A DNA stretch of 64,000 nt from assembly GCA_963782705.1 (NCBI GenBank), contig CAWAKX010000033.1, forward strand, positions 160,196 through 224,195. The letters run 5' to 3'. A program made the translations under genes and the position numbers. Numbering within the stretch: position 1 is the first letter of the stretch; each line of letters begins with the position of its first letter. Positions 9,668 through 19,675 of the stretch are shown here, in pieces. Under the pieces are notes generated by a model. The model saw only the letters and a list, made by a program, of their open reading frames with translations. It searched no databases and was not told where the DNA came from. Source of the DNA: an uncultured Actinomycetes bacterium (GTDB lineage: Bacteria; Actinomycetota; Acidimicrobiia; IMCC26256; DASPTH01).

Positions 9668-11299
9668 ATGTTCTCGCTCGTCGCCCGCGACCTCGCCCGC
9701 GCGTGGGGCAGCTTCACGGTGCTCGACGGCGTGGATCTCACCATCGGGCCCCGCACCCGCCTTGGCATTGTCGGCCCCAACGGGGTGGGCAAGTCGACCT
9801 TGCTGCGCCTCCTCGCCGGGCTCGACGGGCCGGACCGCGGCAGCGTCACCCGCACGCCGCCGTCCGCGCGCGTGGGCTACCTGCCGCAGGAGCCGGAGCG
9901 GGGCGACGAGACCGTCGCCGAGTTCCTCGCTCGGCGCACCGGCGTGACCGCGGCGGCGGCCGCGTTCGATGCGGCCGCGCATGCGCTCGCCGACGGCGCA
10001 CCCGGCGCCGACGACACCTACGCCGCCGCGCTCGACGACTACCTCGCGTCGGGCGCCGACGACTTCGAGGCGCGCGTCGGCATCGTGTGCGCGGACGTGG
10101 GCCTGCCCGAGCGACTGCTCGCGCTGCCCACCGCTGCGCTGTCGGGTGGTCAGGCCGCGCGCGCGTCGCTCGCCGCGATCCTGCTCGCCCGCTTCGACGT
10201 GTTCCTGCTCGACGAGCCCACCAACGACCTCGACTTCGCGGGCCTCGAACGTCTCGAGCAGTTCCTCGACGAGCTCCCCGGCGGTGTGGTGGTGGTGAGC
10301 CACGACCGCGCGTTCCTCGAACGCACCATCGACCGCGTGCTCGAGCTCGACGAGCACACGCGCCAAGGCGCCGAGTTCGGCGGCGGGTGGCTCGGCTACC
10401 TCGACGCGCGCGCGACCGCGCGTCGCCACGCCGAGGAGGACTACGCGACCTACCGGGCCGAGAAGTCGCGTCTCGAGGATCGCGCCCGTACGCAGAAGCA
10501 GTGGTCGGTGCAGGGCGTGGCGAAGGCCAAGCGCGACACCGACGAGAAGGACAAGAACATCCGGCAGTTCCGGCGGGCCACGTCGGAGAAGGTCGCGGCC
10601 AAGTCGAAGATCACCGAGAAGGCCCTCGCGCGGCTCGACGCGGTCGACAAGCCGTGGGAGGGCTGGGACCTCCGCTACCAGCTCGCGGGCGCGCCCCGCA
10701 GCGGCGACGTGGTGGCGCGCCTGGCGCACGCGGTGATCGAGCGGGGCGACTTCCGCCTCGGGCCGGTCGACCTCGAGATCGGTTGGGGCGAACGCCTCGC
10801 GATCGTCGGGCCCAACGGCACCGGCAAGACCACGTTGCTGCTCGCCCTGCTCGGTCGGCTCCCGCTCGCCGAGGGTGAACGGTGGATGGGCCCGGGTGTG
10901 GTGGTCGGCGAGCTCGCGCAGGGGCGGGGCAGCTTCGCCGGCGACGCCACGCTGCTCGACACCTTCGTCGCCGAGACCGGGCTTCTGATCTCCGAGGCGC
11001 GGTCGCTGCTCGCCAAGTTCGGTCTCGGCGCCGAGCACGTGGTGCGCGCCGGGTCGTCACTGTCGCCGGGGGAGCGCACCCGCGCCGGGCTCGCGGTGTT
11101 CGCGGCGCGGGGCGTGAACTGCCTGGTGCTCGACGAGCCCACCAACCATCTCGACCTGCCGGCGATCGAACAGCTCGAACAGGCGCTCGCCGGCTACGAC
11201 GGCACGTTGCTGCTCGTCACCCACGATCGTCGCCTGCTCGAAGCGGTGCACCTCACCCGCGCCGTCACCGCCGACGGCCGCGACACCGACCTCACCTGA
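9668..11299 (+). CDS. ABC-F family ATPase (two ABC domains, no TMD)
   Basis: It has two Walker A motifs (GPNGVGKST, GPNGTGKTT), two signature motifs (LSGGQAARASLA, LSPGERTRAGLA) and a charged inter-domain linker. Confidence 0.9.
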   Translation: MFSLVARDLARAWGSFTVLDGVDLTIGPRTRLGIVGPNGVGKSTLLRLLAGLDGPDRGSVTRTPPSARVGYLPQEPERGDETVAEFLARRTGVTAAAAAFDAAAHALADGAPGADDTYAAALDDYLASGADDFEARVGIVCADVGLPERLLALPTAALSGGQAARASLAAILLARFDVFLLDEPTNDLDFAGLERLEQFLDELPGGVVVVSHDRAFLERTIDRVLELDEHTRQGAEFGGGWLGYLDARATARRHAEEDYATYRAEKSRLEDRARTQKQWSVQGVAKAKRDTDEKDKNIRQFRRATSEKVAAKSKITEKALARLDAVDKPWEGWDLRYQLAGAPRSGDVVARLAHAVIERGDFRLGPVDLEIGWGERLAIVGPNGTGKTTLLLALLGRLPLAEGERWMGPGVVVGELAQGRGSFAGDATLLDTFVAETGLLISEARSLLAKFGLGAEHVVRAGSSLSPGERTRAGLAVFAARGVNCLVLDEPTNHLDLPAIEQLEQALAGYDGTLLLVTHDRRLLEAVHLTRAVTADGRDTDLT

Positions 11300-11330
11300 G
11301 GTCGCCTGGCCGTTCCGAACGCCGACGCGC

Positions 11331-12314
11331 TCAGGGGCAGTGGCCGCCCCACGGGCCGGCGCCCTGCCACTGGTAGAGCGACCACGCGACCTCGTCCTGG
11401 TCGTAGGGGGTCGCGACGTTGGCGGGCACACCGACGAGGTCCATGCGGCCTGCGTGCGCGGCCGCGCCGTTCCAGGTGGCCTGGAAGAACTGGTAGGCGC
11501 CGAGGTACGGACCGGCGGGGTTCACCGCGCCGTAGTTGCCGCCGCTCTCCCGGGTCCGCACGCACGCGAGGAACGGGTCGTCGTGGTGCGGGTTGGTGCC
11601 GGGCGTGCCGCCGTAGTTCGGCGGGGGCACGGGCGCGGGCTTCGGCGCGGGGGTGGTCGTCGTGGCGGCGGCTGCTGCGCGAAGCGGCGGCCTGGCGCTG
11701 TTGGGCCTGCTGGGCGGCCGCGGCGGCTGCCTGTGCCCTGGCCTGGGTCTCGGCGAGCTTGGCGTCGAGCGCGGTGGCCTGCTGCTTGAGATCGGCGAGC
11801 GACTGCTCCTGGCGAGCGCGGGCGTCGCGCAGCGGCGGCCTGCTTGGCCTTGAGCTCCTTGGCCGTGGCCCGGAACGACCTGTAGGCCGAGCGGTCGCGC
11901 TGGTTCACCTGGTCGATGAGGTGGGCCCGCTTGGCTGCGTCGAGCGGTGTCGCTCCCCGCCACGATGGCGGCCAGACCCGCGCCCGACGACTTGTAGGCG
12001 AGCAGCGCCCGCTCCCGGGCGAGGGCCTTGGCCCGTGCCGCCTTCGCCTTGAGGTCGGCGACCACGGTCTCGTTGTCCTTCACGGCGACGTCGGCCGCGG
12101 TGTACTCGGCCAGCGCGCTGAAGTACTTGCTGTTGACGGCGTCGACGTCGGCCTGCAGCTGCGAGACCGACGGGTCGGACGTCTGCGCGGTCGCCCCCGG
12201 CACTCCGGTCAGGAGCAGTGTCAGTGCCATCGCACCCGCCGCGACGCCGGCCCCGAACGCGCGGATCGGGCGCGCGTTTCGCCACGGGTGCACCGTGATG
12301 GGGTGGGCGAACAC
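11331..12314 (-). CDS. secreted transglycosylase-like domain protein with N-terminal coiled coil and Pro/Thr-rich linker
   Basis: It has a signal peptide and a coiled-coil SQLQADVDAVNSKYFSALAEYTAADVAVKDNETVVADLKAKAARAKALARE. The C-terminus is LACVRTRESGGNYGAVNPAGPYLGAYQFFQATW (transglycosylase-like/Rpf-like fold). The middle is low-complexity and may hide a frameshift. Confidence 0.55.
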   Translation of the reverse strand: MFAHPITVHPWRNARPIRAFGAGVAAGAMALTLLLTGVPGATAQTSDPSVSQLQADVDAVNSKYFSALAEYTAADVAVKDNETVVADLKAKAARAKALARERALLAYKSSGAGLAAIVAGSDTARRSQAGPPHRPGEPARPLGLQVVPGHGQGAQGQAGRRCATPALARSSRSPISSSRPPRSTPSSPRPRPGHRQPPRPPSRPNSARPPLRAAAAATTTTPAPKPAPVPPPNYGGTPGTNPHHDDPFLACVRTRESGGNYGAVNPAGPYLGAYQFFQATWNGAAAHAGRMDLVGVPANVATPYDQDEVAWSLYQWQGAGPWGGHCP

Positions 12315-12502
12315 TCTCGGGCGTCCTCCTCGGCGGATCGGGAGCCCCGTGGGGCCGCGCGCGATCCAGCCAGTGGGCGTGCGAATCCCGCCACGCTAGT
12401 GGGACGGGCGGGCCCCGGCGCGGCCGGCGGGGTCGCCGGGGGCCTTCGTGGGCGCATCGGGGCTGGTCAGGGCGTTGAGGGGCCGGGTTGGGTAGCGTCC
12501 GG

Positions 12503-13192
12503 ATGGTGCCGATCGAGCCCCCGCCGACCCGTTTCGCGCTGCCACCGGCCGCCGCGGCGGGCGACGGCGAGATCGCGGGGGTGGGCGCCGATCTCGAGGC
12601 CGGCACCCTGCTGGCCGCGTACCGCGGCGGACTGTTCCCGATGCGGTTGCGCGCCCGCGGTCCGCTCGGATGGTGGTCGCCCGACCCGCGCGGGATCATC
12701 CCGCTCGACGGTGTGCACCTGAGCCGGTCGCTGCGCCGGTCGTGTCGCGACTTCGAGGTGCGCGTCGACACCGCGTTCGAGCAGGTGATGCGCGGCTGCG
12801 CGGACCCGCGCCGTCCTCACGGATGGATCGACCGCTCGTTCCTGCGCGCGTACACGCATCTGCACGAGCTCGGATGGGCGCACTCGGTCGAGACGTGGCA
12901 GACCGACGCCGACGGCCGTGATGCGCTGGTCGGTGGTCTCTACGGCGTGGCCATCGGTGGCCTGTTCGCCGCCGAGTCGAAGTTCCACCGGGTGCGCGAC
13001 GCGTCGAAGGTGGCGGTGGTCGCGCTGGCCGAGCTCATGCGCGACGGCGGGGGACTACTCCTCGACGTGCAGTGGACCACCGACCATCTGCGCACCCTCG
13101 GCGCCGTCGACGTGCCCCGCGACGAGTACCTGGAGCGCCTGGCGGCGGCGATCGTCGCTCCCACCATGACCTGGTTCCCGTCGGCCGGATAG
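12503..13192 (+). CDS. aat: leucyl/phenylalanyl-tRNA--protein transferase
   Basis: AYRGGLFPM...WWSPDPRGIIPLDGVHLSRSLRRS...HGWIDRSFLRAYTHLHELGWAHSVETW...GGLYGVAIGGLFAAESKFHRVRDASKVAVVAL. Confidence 0.85.
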   Translation: MVPIEPPPTRFALPPAAAAGDGEIAGVGADLEAGTLLAAYRGGLFPMRLRARGPLGWWSPDPRGIIPLDGVHLSRSLRRSCRDFEVRVDTAFEQVMRGCADPRRPHGWIDRSFLRAYTHLHELGWAHSVETWQTDADGRDALVGGLYGVAIGGLFAAESKFHRVRDASKVAVVALAELMRDGGGLLLDVQWTTDHLRTLGAVDVPRDEYLERLAAAIVAPTMTWFPSAG

Positions 13193-13202
13193 CCTGCGCG
13201 CC

Positions 13203-13556
13203 ATGGCTGACATCGTCGTGTACCACAACCCCGTCTGCAGCAAGTCGCGCGGCGCCCTCGAGATCCTCGACGAGCGCGGCGACGCCCACGAGGTGATCGA
13301 GTACCTCCAGGTGCTGCCCACCCGTGCCGACCTCGAGCGCATCGTCGACAGCATCACCGACGAGCCCGCGGCGCTCGTCCGCAAGGACAAGCGCTTCAAG
13401 GAGCTCGAGTTGAACGCGGACGACTACACCACGAAGGACGAGGTCATCGTCCTGCTGCTCGAGCACCCGGAGCTCATGGAGCGCCCGGTGGTGTTCGTGG
13501 GCGACAAGGCGATCATCGCCCGCCCCAGCGAGCGCGTCCTCGAACTCCTCGACTGA
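13203..13556 (+). CDS. ArsC/Spx-family protein (arsenate reductase-like thioredoxin fold)
   Basis: MADIVVYHNPVCSKSRGALEILDERG... Confidence 0.8.
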   Translation: MADIVVYHNPVCSKSRGALEILDERGDAHEVIEYLQVLPTRADLERIVDSITDEPAALVRKDKRFKELELNADDYTTKDEVIVLLLEHPELMERPVVFVGDKAIIARPSERVLELLD

Positions 13557-13653
13557 CTTCCCACCGTCGCTCGCTCCGCTCGCTCCGTCCCAGCGGCGGC
13601 AACCGGGCGGAGCCCGGCAGCCGCCGGTGCACCGGGCCGGGATCCCGCCCCGG

Positions 13654-15879
13654 TCAGACCGCGGTGGCGACCGGAGCGCGGCCGGCGTCCTTGTCGGATG
13701 CGCTCGGCGCCGTGCCCTCGAGGTCGAGCGTGGGCAGGAACGACAGCCACTTCGGGAACCACCAGTTGGCGTCGCCGAGGATCTCCATCGTCGCGGGCAC
13801 CAGCATCATGCGCACGATGGTCGCGTCGACCAGCACCGCCACCGCGAGACCGAGGCCGAACATCTTCACCTCGGGCGTCGGGTTCAACACGAACGCGCCG
13901 AAGACGAAGATCATGATCAGCGCGGCCGACGTGATGACGCGCGCGGTACGGGCCAGACCGCGCACCACACCCTCGCGCGTGTCGCCCGTCTTGTCGTACT
14001 CCTCGCGCACGCGGGTGAGCAGGAACACCTGGTAGTCCATCGACAGGCCGAAGAGCACCGCGAACATCATCATCGGCACGAACGGGGTGATGGGCACGGT
14101 GCTCTCGAGCCCGACGAGCCCCTTCGCCCAGCCCCACTGGAACACCGCGACGGTCACGCCGTACGCCGCGCCGACCGACAGCAGGTTCATCACCGCGGCG
14201 GTCGCCGGCACCAGCACCGAGTGGAACACCAGCAGCAGCAACAGGAACGACAGCAGCACCACCGCGAGGATGAACCACAGCAGGCGACTGCTGATGCGGT
14301 CGCCGATGTCGATGAACGTGGCGGTGAGGCCACCCACGTAGGCGACCGCGCCGGAGTTGCCGACCGCGGCGGGCAGCACGTCGTCGCGCAGGGTGCCCAC
14401 CAGGTCGGCGGTCGCCTGGCTGTCGGGCGCCGAGCTCGGGATCACCGCGATCTGGGCGACCTTGCCGTTGGGGCTGAGCGCGGCCGGCGCCACCTCGCTC
14501 ACGCCGGGAGTCTTGCCCACCGCGGTGGCGATCGAGTCGGCGAGCGTGGTGTCGCCCGCCTCCGGGAGTTGGACCACCACGAGCAGCGGGCCGTTGGCGC
14601 CCTCGCCGAAGCCGGCGGCGATGAGGTCGAAGGCCTGGCGCTGGGTCGACGACGACGGGAGGTTGCCGTCGTCGGACTCGCCGAGGCGCATGGAGATCAC
14701 CGGCCAGGCCAACGCCACGAGCACCGCGACCGCGAACACCGCGAAGGGCCACGCGTGACTCGCGACGAGGTGCGCCCACTTCTCCCACACCGTGCTGCGC
14801 GGCGACACCGGATCGGGATGGCCCGCAGCCTTCGCCCGGTCGGCGTGGTGCATGAGGCTCGGCACCTTGAACTTGTCGATGCGGTCGCCGACGATCGCCA
14901 GCGCCGCGGGCAGCAGTGTGAGCGCGGCGACCATCATCACCAGCACCACGAGCCCGGCCATGTAGCCGAGGCGCGCGACGTAGGGGATGCCCGACACCAT
15001 GAGCCCGCAGATCGCGATCACCACCGTGGTGCCCGCGAACAACACCGCGGATCCCGCGGTGGCGACCGACCGGCCGATCGCGCTCTCGATGTCCATCCCG
15101 AGCGCGCGGTTCTCGCGATAGCGCGACACGATGAACAGCGAGTAGTCGATGCCCACGCCGAGGCCGATCATCTGGGCCAACGTGGGCGCGAGGGTGCCGA
15201 TGTCGGTGAACGCGGCGACGACCTTGATCAGGGAGATGCCGATCACGAGGCCGAAGAGCGCGGTGGTGATCGGCAGCCCCATCGCGACCACCGACCCGAA
15301 CGCGAACAGCAGCACGACCACCGCCGCGAGCAGACCGATGAGGTCGGCGTTGCCCGACGGGGGCTGATGCGAGTAGTCGATCACCGCGCCGCCGTACGCG
15401 GCGCGCACGCCCGCGTCGGTGGCGGGCGCGGTGGCCTGCACGATCTGGTCGTAGATGTCCTTCGGCAGCTCCTGCGCGGGCACCGAGAACTGCACGTTGA
15501 TCAGGGTGATCTTCCCGCTCTTGGAGATCACCGCGGCGCCGAGCGGACCGTAGGGGTCGGTGACGCTCACCACCTTCGGGAGCTTCTCGAGGTTGGCGAC
15601 GCTCTCGGAGATCGCGGGTTGCACCTTCGGCGAGCGGATTCCCGCGTCGGACTGGAACACCACCGACGCGCTCTGGCCCGACGCGCTCGGGAAGTCCTGC
15701 TCGAGCAGGTCGAGGGCGTCCTGCGACTGCGCGCCGGGGATCCGGAAGTTGTCGGTCTCCTGGCCGCCGAGCGCGCCCGCGAGCACCACCACGCCGACGG
15801 CGGCGATCACCCACGCGACGACGAACCGCCACTTGTGGCGGGCCGCGGTCCGTCCGAGTCGTTCGAGCACCCCTGACAC
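13654..15879 (-). CDS. MMPL family RND-type transporter
   Basis: 741 aa with 12 TM helices, two periplasmic loops and an MMPL-typical N-terminus. Confidence 0.9.
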   Translation of the reverse strand: MSGVLERLGRTAARHKWRFVVAWVIAAVGVVVLAGALGGQETDNFRIPGAQSQDALDLLEQDFPSASGQSASVVFQSDAGIRSPKVQPAISESVANLEKLPKVVSVTDPYGPLGAAVISKSGKITLINVQFSVPAQELPKDIYDQIVQATAPATDAGVRAAYGGAVIDYSHQPPSGNADLIGLLAAVVVLLFAFGSVVAMGLPITTALFGLVIGISLIKVVAAFTDIGTLAPTLAQMIGLGVGIDYSLFIVSRYRENRALGMDIESAIGRSVATAGSAVLFAGTTVVIAICGLMVSGIPYVARLGYMAGLVVLVMMVAALTLLPAALAIVGDRIDKFKVPSLMHHADRAKAAGHPDPVSPRSTVWEKWAHLVASHAWPFAVFAVAVLVALAWPVISMRLGESDDGNLPSSSTQRQAFDLIAAGFGEGANGPLLVVVQLPEAGDTTLADSIATAVGKTPGVSEVAPAALSPNGKVAQIAVIPSSAPDSQATADLVGTLRDDVLPAAVGNSGAVAYVGGLTATFIDIGDRISSRLLWFILAVVLLSFLLLLLVFHSVLVPATAAVMNLLSVGAAYGVTVAVFQWGWAKGLVGLESTVPITPFVPMMMFAVLFGLSMDYQVFLLTRVREEYDKTGDTREGVVRGLARTARVITSAALIMIFVFGAFVLNPTPEVKMFGLGLAVAVLVDATIVRMMLVPATMEILGDANWWFPKWLSFLPTLDLEGTAPSASDKDAGRAPVATAV

Positions 15880-16050
15880 CCAGCGCCTCCCACGGCGTCA
15901 CGGCCCACCGCACACGGGCCTGCCCGAGAATGTCGGCGCTTCCGGGGCCCGCCTTGACGTCGGATCCGACGGTACGTCCGTGCGAGCATGGGGGCGCGGA
16001 CCGTCCCGGGCGGTCCGCGCGGGCCGGGATCGTGGGACGGAGGAGCGGGA

Positions 16051-16821
16051 GTGGCGGTGGAGCACGGTGTGGAGCTGGTGGACCCGTCGGTCGCCGGTCG
16101 CCGCTATGAGGTCACGCGCCGGGTGCATCTCAACGACACCGACGCGCGCGGCGTGCTGCGCATCGACGCGTTGGCCCGCTTCCTGCAGGACGTCGCCACC
16201 GACGACGCCCACGACGCGGGCCGCGCGCACAACCGCGGCGTGTGGGTGCTGCGCCGCATCGACATGTTCGTGCTGCGCGAGCCGGTGCTCTACGACACCG
16301 TCACCCTGCTCACGTTCTGCAGCGGCACCGGGCCCGCGTGGGCCGAGCGTCGCACGCGTGTCACCGACGCCGCGGGCGACGTGCTCGCCGAAGCGGTCGC
16401 GGTGTGGGTGTACATCGACCGCGAGCGCGGCCGCCCGCTCGCCCTCGACGACGAGTTCACCCAGTGGTACGGCGAGGCGGCCGCGAGCCGGCGGGTCAGC
16501 GGCAAGCTGCACCTGCCCGCGCCGCCGGCCGACGCCTCGTCGCGCGACTGGACGGTGCGGGCCACCGACTTCGACGTGCTCGACCACGTGAACAACGTGC
16601 GCTCGTTCGAGGCGGTGGTCGACGAGTTGCGCCGCCGCCTGCCCGGGCTGCGGCGTGGAGCACGCCACCGTGGAGTACCGGGGCACGCTCGAGCGGGACG
16701 AGTCGGTGGAGCTGCGCAGCACGGTGAGCAGCCTCGGTGACGGGCTGGGCGACCGCCTCGACGCCTGGCTGCTGGTCGACGGCGAGGTGCGGGTGTCCGC
16801 CCGGCTCGTGGGCGGGGTTCC
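16051..16821 (+). CDS. acyl-ACP thioesterase, one frameshift near 16650
   Basis: The motif DHVNNVRSFEAVVDEL is present, and the C-terminus RVEHATVEYRGTLERDESVELRSTVSSLGDGLGDRLDAWLLVDGEVRVSARLVGGVPLH* is recovered in the +1 frame. RBS GGAGGAGCGGGA. Confidence 0.75.
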
Positions 16822-16830
16822 CCTACACTG

Positions 16831-17866
16831 ACGGCGCTCTGGACGCTCTCCCGCACGACGCGCTGACCGGGCGCCGGTGCCTGGTCACCGGCGGGCCTCG
16901 GCTTCATCGGATCCAACCTCGCCCTCGACCTCACGCGTCGCGGTGCGGAGGTGACGGTCCTCGACTCGCGCGTGCCCCGCCACGGCGCCAACCCGTGGAA
17001 CCTGGTGCCCGACGGCGCGGCGAGACCGAGGCCGATCCGCGCATCACGGTGATCGAGGCCGACGTGGGCGCCACCGACCGGGCCGACGTGCGCGACGCCG
17101 CGGTCGGCGCCGACATCGTGTTCAACCTCGCCGGGCAGGTGAGTCACGTCGACTCGATGCACGACCCGCTCTTCGACCTGTCGGTGAACACCACGAGCCA
17201 GTTCGCGTTCCTCGAGCTGCTGCGCAAGGAGAACCCGGGCGCGCGGGTGGTGTACACGTCGACCCGCCAGATCTTCGGGAAGCCCAAGTACCTGCCGGTC
17301 GACGAGGAGCACCCGGTCGCGCCCGGTCGACGTGAACGGCATCACCAAGTACGCCGCCGAGCAGCTCCACCTCCTGTACCACGAGGTGTACGGCCTCGGC
17401 GGCCACCGCGGTGCGGCTCACCAACGTGTTCGGCCCGCGCCAGCGCCTCACCGACGACCTGCAGGGCTTCCTGCCGATCTTCGTGCGCCGCGCGCTCGAC
17501 GACGAGGTGATCACCGTGTTCGGCGAGGGTGAGCAGGAACGCGACTGCCTCTACGTCGACGACGTGGTGGAGTGCCTCGAGCTCGCGGCGGTCGCACCCG
17601 ACGCGTCCGGGCAGATCTTCAACGTGGGCAACGACGAACGGCTGTCGCTGGCGGCGATCGCCGCGAGCATCGTCGACGTGGTCGGCAGCGGACGCGTGGA
17701 GCACGTGCCCTGGCCGCCCGACCGCGACGCGATCGACATCGGCTCCTACTTCGGCGACTCGTCGAAGGCGAAGCGCCTGCTCGGCTGGGAGCCGCGCACC
17801 GCGTTCGCCGACGGCGTCGCGGCCACCGTCGCCTTCTACCGCGAACGGCGGTCCTGGTACCGGTGA
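16831..17866 (+). CDS. NAD-dependent epimerase/dehydratase (SDR extended family), at least 4 frameshifts
   Basis: The LVTGG(L)GFIGSNLALDL Rossmann motif is split over two frames. Later segments are ...NLAGQVSHVDSMHDP..., ...NGITKYAAEQLHLLYHEVYGL... and ...RLTNVFGPRQ...FYRERRSWYR*. The start is uncertain and overlaps the thioesterase 3' end. Confidence 0.7.
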
Positions 17867-18908
17867 CGGTCGATCCCGCCGACATCCCGGTCGTCGATCT
17901 CGCCCGTCACGCGGCGGCGCTCGAACCGGAGCTCTCCGAGGCGGTCACGCGCGTCGTGCGCTCCGGCCAGTACCTCTTCGGCCCCGAGCTCGCGGCGTTC
18001 GAGGCGGAGTTCGCGGCGTTCACCGGCCGCGCGCACTGCGTCGGCGTGGCGTCGGGCACCGACGCGCTGCGACTGTCGCTGGTCGCGATGGGCCTGCGGC
18101 CCGGGTGACGAGGTGCTGGTGCCCGCGTTCACCGCGGTGCCCACCGCGGCGGCGGTGTGCGCGGCGGGAGCCACGCCGGTGTTCGTCGACGTCGACCCGG
18201 CGACCGCCACCCTCGATCCGGTGGCCGCGGCCGCCGCGGTCACCGACCGCACGCGCGCGGTGATCCCGGTGCATCTCTACGGCCGCCCCGCGGCGATCCC
18301 CGACCTGGGCCTGCCCGTGCTCGAGGACGCCGCCCAGGCCACCGGCGCGCTCGACCCGGCGTCGGGCTCGGTCGCCGCGGCCTACAGCTTCTATCCCACC
18401 AAGAACCTCGGCGGCATCACCGACGGCGGCGCGGTCGTCACCGACGACGCCGCGCTCGCGGCCGAACTGCGACTGCTCCGCGCACACGGCGTCACCGACG
18501 GCTACGTGCACACGCGCGTGTCCACCAACGCGCGCCTCTCCGACCTCGCGGCGGCTGCGCTGCGGGTGGGGTTGCGCCGGCTCGACGCCGACAACGCGCG
18601 CCGCCGGCGCGATCGCGGCACGCTACCGGGAGGCGGCGCCCGGTCTGGCCTGGCAGCCCGACCACCCGCGCCACGTGTACCACCTGTGCGTCGCCCGGGT
18701 GCCCGACCGCGACGCGTTCCGGGCCGCCGCGCCCTTCGGGACCGGGGTGCACTACCCGCTCGCGCTCACCCAGCAGCCCGCCTACACGCAGTACGTGCGG
18801 GGCGGGTGCCCGGAAGCCGAGGCGTGGGCCGCGCAGTGCGTATCCTTCCCCTGCTTTCCGGAGTTGACCGACGACGAAGTCGAGGCGGTGTGCCGAACGA
18901 TCCCGTGA
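17863..18908 (+). CDS. DegT/DnrJ/EryC1/StrS family sugar aminotransferase, at least 2 frameshifts
   Basis: The GTG overlaps the epimerase stop (GTGA). Segments are VTVDPADIPVVDLARHAAALEPELSEAVTRVVRSGQYLFGPELAAFEAEFAAFTG..., ...VLVPAFTAVPTAAAV...YSFYPTKNLGGITDGGAVVTDD... and C-terminal ...HVYHLCVARVPDRDAFRAAAPFGTGVHYPLALTQQPAY.... Confidence 0.75.
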
Positions 18909-19630
18909 ATCCGGCCGTCGTCGCCGTCTCCGCGTTCTTCCCCTGTTACAACGACGAACCCACGATCGCCGCGATGGTGAACGTGGTGCTCGGGGCGATG
19001 GACCGCTGCGGCATCGACGACTGCGAGGTGATCGTCGTCAACGACGGTTCCACCGACGGCTCGGCCGTGGTGCTCGCCGAGCTGGCGCGCAAGGAGCCGC
19101 GCCTGCGCGTGGTCACCCACGACCGCAACCGGGGCTACGGCGGCGCGCTGCTCTCGGGGTTCGCGGCGTCGACGAAGCAGTGGGTCTTCTACACCGACGG
19201 CGACGGCCAGTACGACCCCGCCGAGCTCGAGCTGCTGATCGCCCGGGCGTCGGAGCAGGTCGACGTGGTGCAGGGCTACAAGCTGCGCCGGGCCGACGGC
19301 TTCCTGCGCGCCATCGTGGGCCGCACCTACCACTGGTTCGTGAAGATGGCCTTCGGGCTCGAGATCCGCGACACCGACTGCGACTTCCGCCTCATCCGCC
19401 GGGCCCGGCTCGACGAGGTGAAGCTCGTGCACACCACCGGTGCGATCACCGTGGAGCTGGTGCGCAAGCTCCAGGACGCCGGCGCGCACTTCACCGAGGT
19501 GGGGGTGCACCACTACCGACGGGTGTTCGGCAAGTCGGAGTTCTTCCGCATCGGCGCCATCGCCCGCACCCTGTGGGCGCTCGCCGGCCTCTGGGTGCAG
19601 CTCGTGCTCCTGCGCCGCGGCCGCCGCTGA
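18905..19630 (+). CDS. family 2 glycosyltransferase, polyprenyl-phosphate sugar transferase type (DPM1/ArnC-like)
   Basis: The GTG overlaps the aminotransferase stop (GTGA). The intact sequence is VVNDGSTDGS...YTDGDGQYDP (DxD-type) with a C-terminal TM segment. Confidence 0.85.
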   Translation: MNPAVVAVSAFFPCYNDEPTIAAMVNVVLGAMDRCGIDDCEVIVVNDGSTDGSAVVLAELARKEPRLRVVTHDRNRGYGGALLSGFAASTKQWVFYTDGDGQYDPAELELLIARASEQVDVVQGYKLRRADGFLRAIVGRTYHWFVKMAFGLEIRDTDCDFRLIRRARLDEVKLVHTTGAITVELVRKLQDAGAHFTEVGVHHYRRVFGKSEFFRIGAIARTLWALAGLWVQLVLLRRGRR

Positions 19631-19675
19631 CCCCCAAACGGTGAGGGGCGGCCGAATCGGTCAGGGCGCCGACGG

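Noticed and set aside
8956-10878. 640-aa plus-strand ORF (and the 636-aa minus-strand ORF 9128-11038) spanning the ABC-F locus
   Set aside because: Extreme Arg/Pro/Ala/Gly composition with no motifs, typical of spurious frames in >70% GC DNA. The third frame contains the genuine ABC-F protein with both Walker A and signature motifs.
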